Source of the DNA: an uncultured virus (IMG/VR IMGVR_UViG_3300025849_000011)
Lineage: Duplodnaviria; Heunggongvirae; Uroviricota; Caudoviricetes
DNA: 64,000 bases
Strand: one strand, 5' to 3'
Virus record (IMG/VR): IMGVR_UViG_3300025849_000011
Shown: one piece after another, positions 61,693 through 64,000 of the stretch
How the letters are laid out: each line of letters opens with the position of its first letter
Position numbering within the stretch: the stretch's first letter is position 1
The notes under the pieces: model-generated
What the model was told of the DNA's origin: nothing
Databases searched by the model: none
What the model saw: the letters and a program-made list of their open reading frames with translations, nothing else
Position numbers and translations under genes: made by a program

Positions 61693-62684
61693 TATCCTAC
61701 CCCCATTCCATCAAACATCGTCCTAGCATTTGTCTGATCAAAATCTTGTCTGGTGAATGTTTCACTTTCAACAAACGACATACTAATATCAACTTCAGAA
61801 TAATCACCCCCAGCATGAAAACCAGAACTTCCAGAATTATAGGTAGCATTAAATGATTTCATATGCATATCTTTAAATATAAATGCTTCATTAGTGTGGT
61901 CCATTTCTTTTGTATCATAAAGTAAGTGGATTCTAAACATAGGTGGAAACCTGTATCCGACAACAATACCACCTCTAACTATTCCTTCTGGATATAAATT
62001 TTTTCTGAACCAATTAATGATATCCTTAATTTCTTCTGCCTCAATTTTTGAGTTTGGGATAAGTTTAAATGACCAAGAAAATTCTCTTAAATTAACAGAT
62101 TTAAATATTGCTCTCATATTAGGATTTGGTGTTGTTTGCAAAGATGATCTTACTGCACCACCCGCTGAACCAAATTTATTTACGAGTTTTGAAATTCCTA
62201 CTCTTGCTAAGTCTTGGCTTTCAAATTCACTTCTCATAATTTTTGCAGCATCTGTAAAAATACTAGATTCTTTAAGTGCCTTACCAACTGCTGCAACACC
62301 ACCAGAACCACTATTTAAAATGTCATTTAAACCAGTAGCAAATGTTCCGAACTCCATATTTTCATACGCAACACCGTCTTGTATCTGAATTGATGGTGGC
62401 ATATATAAATGACAAGTTTCACCACTTCTTCTTTTTACTTGTCTTTTCAGTATTTCTTTAGTATTAAATGATAATTTTTGTGAAAAACTTCCACCTAAAT
62501 CAAGAAAATTCTGAAATTCTTCTGGAGCAATCGCTCCAAAATTAGAAGCATCAGTAGAATTTGCAGCGTGAGCATTTATGACACTTCCCACCTCAATAGG
62601 ATCAATCACTAATGTTTCAAACCGTATTCTCGCTTTATAACGATCTCTCTCATGGATTGGGAATTCTAGTCTATTTCCTGGCAT
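61692..62684 (-). CDS. gp48: Baseplate tail-tube cap gp48 (likely start MPGNRLEFP)
   Basis: LYMP, NPN...IF..V.LREFSWSFKLIP.S..EA..I..II.WF, F.E motifs. Confidence 0.8.
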   Translation of the reverse strand: MPGNRLEFPIHERDRYKARIRFETLVIDPIEVGSVINAHAANSTDASNFGAIAPEEFQNFLDLGGSFSQKLSFNTKEILKRQVKRRSGETCHLYMPPSIQIQDGVAYENMEFGTFATGLNDILNSGSGGVAAVGKALKESSIFTDAAKIMRSEFESQDLARVGISKLVNKFGSAGGAVRSSLQTTPNPNMRAIFKSVNLREFSWSFKLIPNSKIEAEEIKDIINWFRKNLYPEGIVRGGIVVGYRFPPMFRIHLLYDTKEMDHTNEAFIFKDMHMKSFNATYNSGSSGFHAGGDYSEVDISMSFVESETFTRQDFDQTNARTMFDGMGVG

Positions 62685-62694
62685 GTTTTTTTTC

Positions 62695-62725
62695 CATAAA
62701 TACATTAATACTACCATTATTTATA
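62695..62725. promoter_or_regulatory. Divergent late promoters: TATAAATA on minus (62718-62725) and variant CATAAATA on plus (62695-62702)
   Basis: Both lie in the short gap between divergent gp48 and gp4. Confidence 0.65.
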
Positions 62726-62733
62726 TGAGAAAA

Positions 62734-63216
62734 ATGAGAACACACAAAGGCAAATATAAAATAAAAAATCGTAAAAAGTACAAAGGTGATGCTGATAATA
62801 TTATATATCGTTCTGGATGGGAAAGATATGCATTTCAGTGGTGTGACACTCAACCACAAATTACTGAATGGTCATCCGAGGAAGTAGTAGTACCCTACTA
62901 CTATGAAGTTGATAAAAAGTATCATAGATACTTCATGGACTTAAAAATAAAACTCAACGGTAAAATTTATCTCATAGAAATAAAACCAGATTCACAAACT
63001 AAACCACCTAAAGTGCCATCTCGCAAAACTAAGCGTTATATTAATGAAGGCATGACTTATGTAAAAAATATGAATAAGTGGAAAGCAGCAGACCAATATG
63101 CTAAAGATAGAGGGTGGACATTTGAAATCTGGACTGAAAAAACATTGACGAAGATGGGTATTATGCCTAAACAACCGAAACCGCTTCCAAAGTTGAAAAA
63201 ATTAAAACGTCTATAA
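62734..63216 (+). CDS. gp4: Head completion nuclease gp4 (likely start MRTHKGKY; alternative 62725)
   Basis: KYKGD...IYRSGWE...W.SEE...YFMD...IEIKP..QT...N..KW.AA. Confidence 0.9.
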   Translation: MRTHKGKYKIKNRKKYKGDADNIIYRSGWERYAFQWCDTQPQITEWSSEEVVVPYYYEVDKKYHRYFMDLKIKLNGKIYLIEIKPDSQTKPPKVPSRKTKRYINEGMTYVKNMNKWKAADQYAKDRGWTFEIWTEKTLTKMGIMPKQPKPLPKLKKLKRL

Positions 63217-63221
63217 ATTGA

Positions 63222-63229
63222 TATAAATA
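63222..63229 (+). promoter_or_regulatory. T4-type late promoter (TATAAATA) upstream of gp2
   Basis: Exact consensus in the intergenic gap. Confidence 0.8.
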
Positions 63230-63254
63230 ACAGTGAATAACTTTGGGAATATAA

Positions 63255-63839
63255 ATGTCTAATCTGTTTCAAAATTTAGAAGTACAAGCGTTCAGAGCGG
63301 GAATTACGCCTAGAACTAAGGAGTCAATTTCTTGGTTCAAAGATAAAGCATCTAAAATGGGAAAAATAAATAGAAATGAACTCATGAAAGATGAGACTCT
63401 TAGACTTCAAAATCGGCAAGCAGTCGGCAAGATGTTTATGTACTTCTATGACCCAAAAGGCAAAGATACACTACCGTACTACGATAGTTTTCCGCTCACT
63501 ATAATTGTTGGTAAAGCAAAGGGTGGATTCGCTGGACTAAATCTACACTATCTACCCATGACTTTAAGAGCAAAATTTCTTGATAGTTTATTAGAAATTA
63601 CAAATAATAAAAAATATAATGATACAACCAAATTTAAAATGTCGTATGAATTACTTCAAGGGGCGGCAAAATTTAAATACTTCAAACCTTGCTATAAGCA
63701 CTATTTAGCAAATCATGTAAGAAGTCGTTTTGCTTTGGTTCCAGCACCAGAATGGGAAATCGCGACCTTTTTACCAACTGCTGATTTTCAGAAAATGTCT
63801 CAAGCAAAAGTACATAAAATATCAAGAGGTATGATCTAA
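63255..63839 (+). CDS. gp2: DNA end protector protein gp2
   Basis: GKMFMYFYDPK.KDTLPYYD.FPL...GLNLHYLP...KPCYKHYL. Confidence 0.92.
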   Translation: MSNLFQNLEVQAFRAGITPRTKESISWFKDKASKMGKINRNELMKDETLRLQNRQAVGKMFMYFYDPKGKDTLPYYDSFPLTIIVGKAKGGFAGLNLHYLPMTLRAKFLDSLLEITNNKKYNDTTKFKMSYELLQGAAKFKYFKPCYKHYLANHVRSRFALVPAPEWEIATFLPTADFQKMSQAKVHKISRGMI

Positions 63840-64000
63840 TGCAAGCACAAACTATAGAAAATTTCAAAAGTGGCATCAGAGAAGGAATTTCAAGATCAAA
63901 CCTTTTTCATGTAGAATTACCTTCAATTTCTGGCGTAAATATAGATGCTAATGATTTGAATATACTTTGTAAAAATGTTGCTCTACCATCAAGACAAATC
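63839..64000 (+). CDS. gp54: Tail tube initiator gp54-like (gp19 family), N-terminal part, truncated by the window edge
   Basis: Not in ORF track. TAATG overlap; MQAQTIENFKS...GISRSNLFHVELP...LCKNVALPSRQI. Confidence 0.6.
   Translation, partial: MQAQTIENFKSGIREGISRSNLFHVELPSISGVNIDANDLNILCKNVALPSRQI

Noticed and set aside
831..62388. Numerous short plus-strand and alternate-frame ORFs in the track
   Set aside because: Antisense or out-of-frame shadows of long, motif-supported genes; no motifs of their own
1..64000. Stop-codon reassignment, tRNAs, integrase/transposase, intron/intein, DGR reverse transcriptase
   Set aside because: Genes tile densely under the standard code with TAA, TAG and TGA all used as stops; none of these elements was recognised by eye

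Overview
AT-rich 64 kb segment of a large T4-like myovirus genome, probably from an aquatic environment, covering the tail/baseplate region. Almost all genes are on the minus strand. From right to left: divergent plus-strand gp4, gp2 and partial gp54; baseplate genes gp48, gp53, a hub-like gene, a gp5 locus split over three genes with two different peptidoglycan hydrolases, gp25, gp6, gp7 and gp8; a DUF4815-type virion protein split in two; then a tail-fibre/adhesin region. That region holds a 5746-aa repeat-rich, Asp-Ser-rich giant protein, a 2202-aa LamG-like protein and a 923-aa beta-propeller protein. T4-type late promoters (TATAAATA) precede the structural operons. The standout feature is a ~10.4 kb, 13-gene cassette (32721-43088) between two paralogous tail-fibre genes, preceded by a perfect sigma70 promoter (TTGACA-17bp-TATAAT). 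It encodes four radical SAM enzymes with Cys-rich SPASM/twitch-like tails, a cobalamin-type (class B-like) radical SAM, three 2OG-Fe(II) oxygenases, a JmjC/cupin, three hypothetical proteins, and a 275-aa protein ending in CHSNCHSNCHSSRNRR. This looks like a phage-encoded RiPP-like post-translational modification system acting on a virion-type protein. All calls come from motif recognition by eye; no searches were run.
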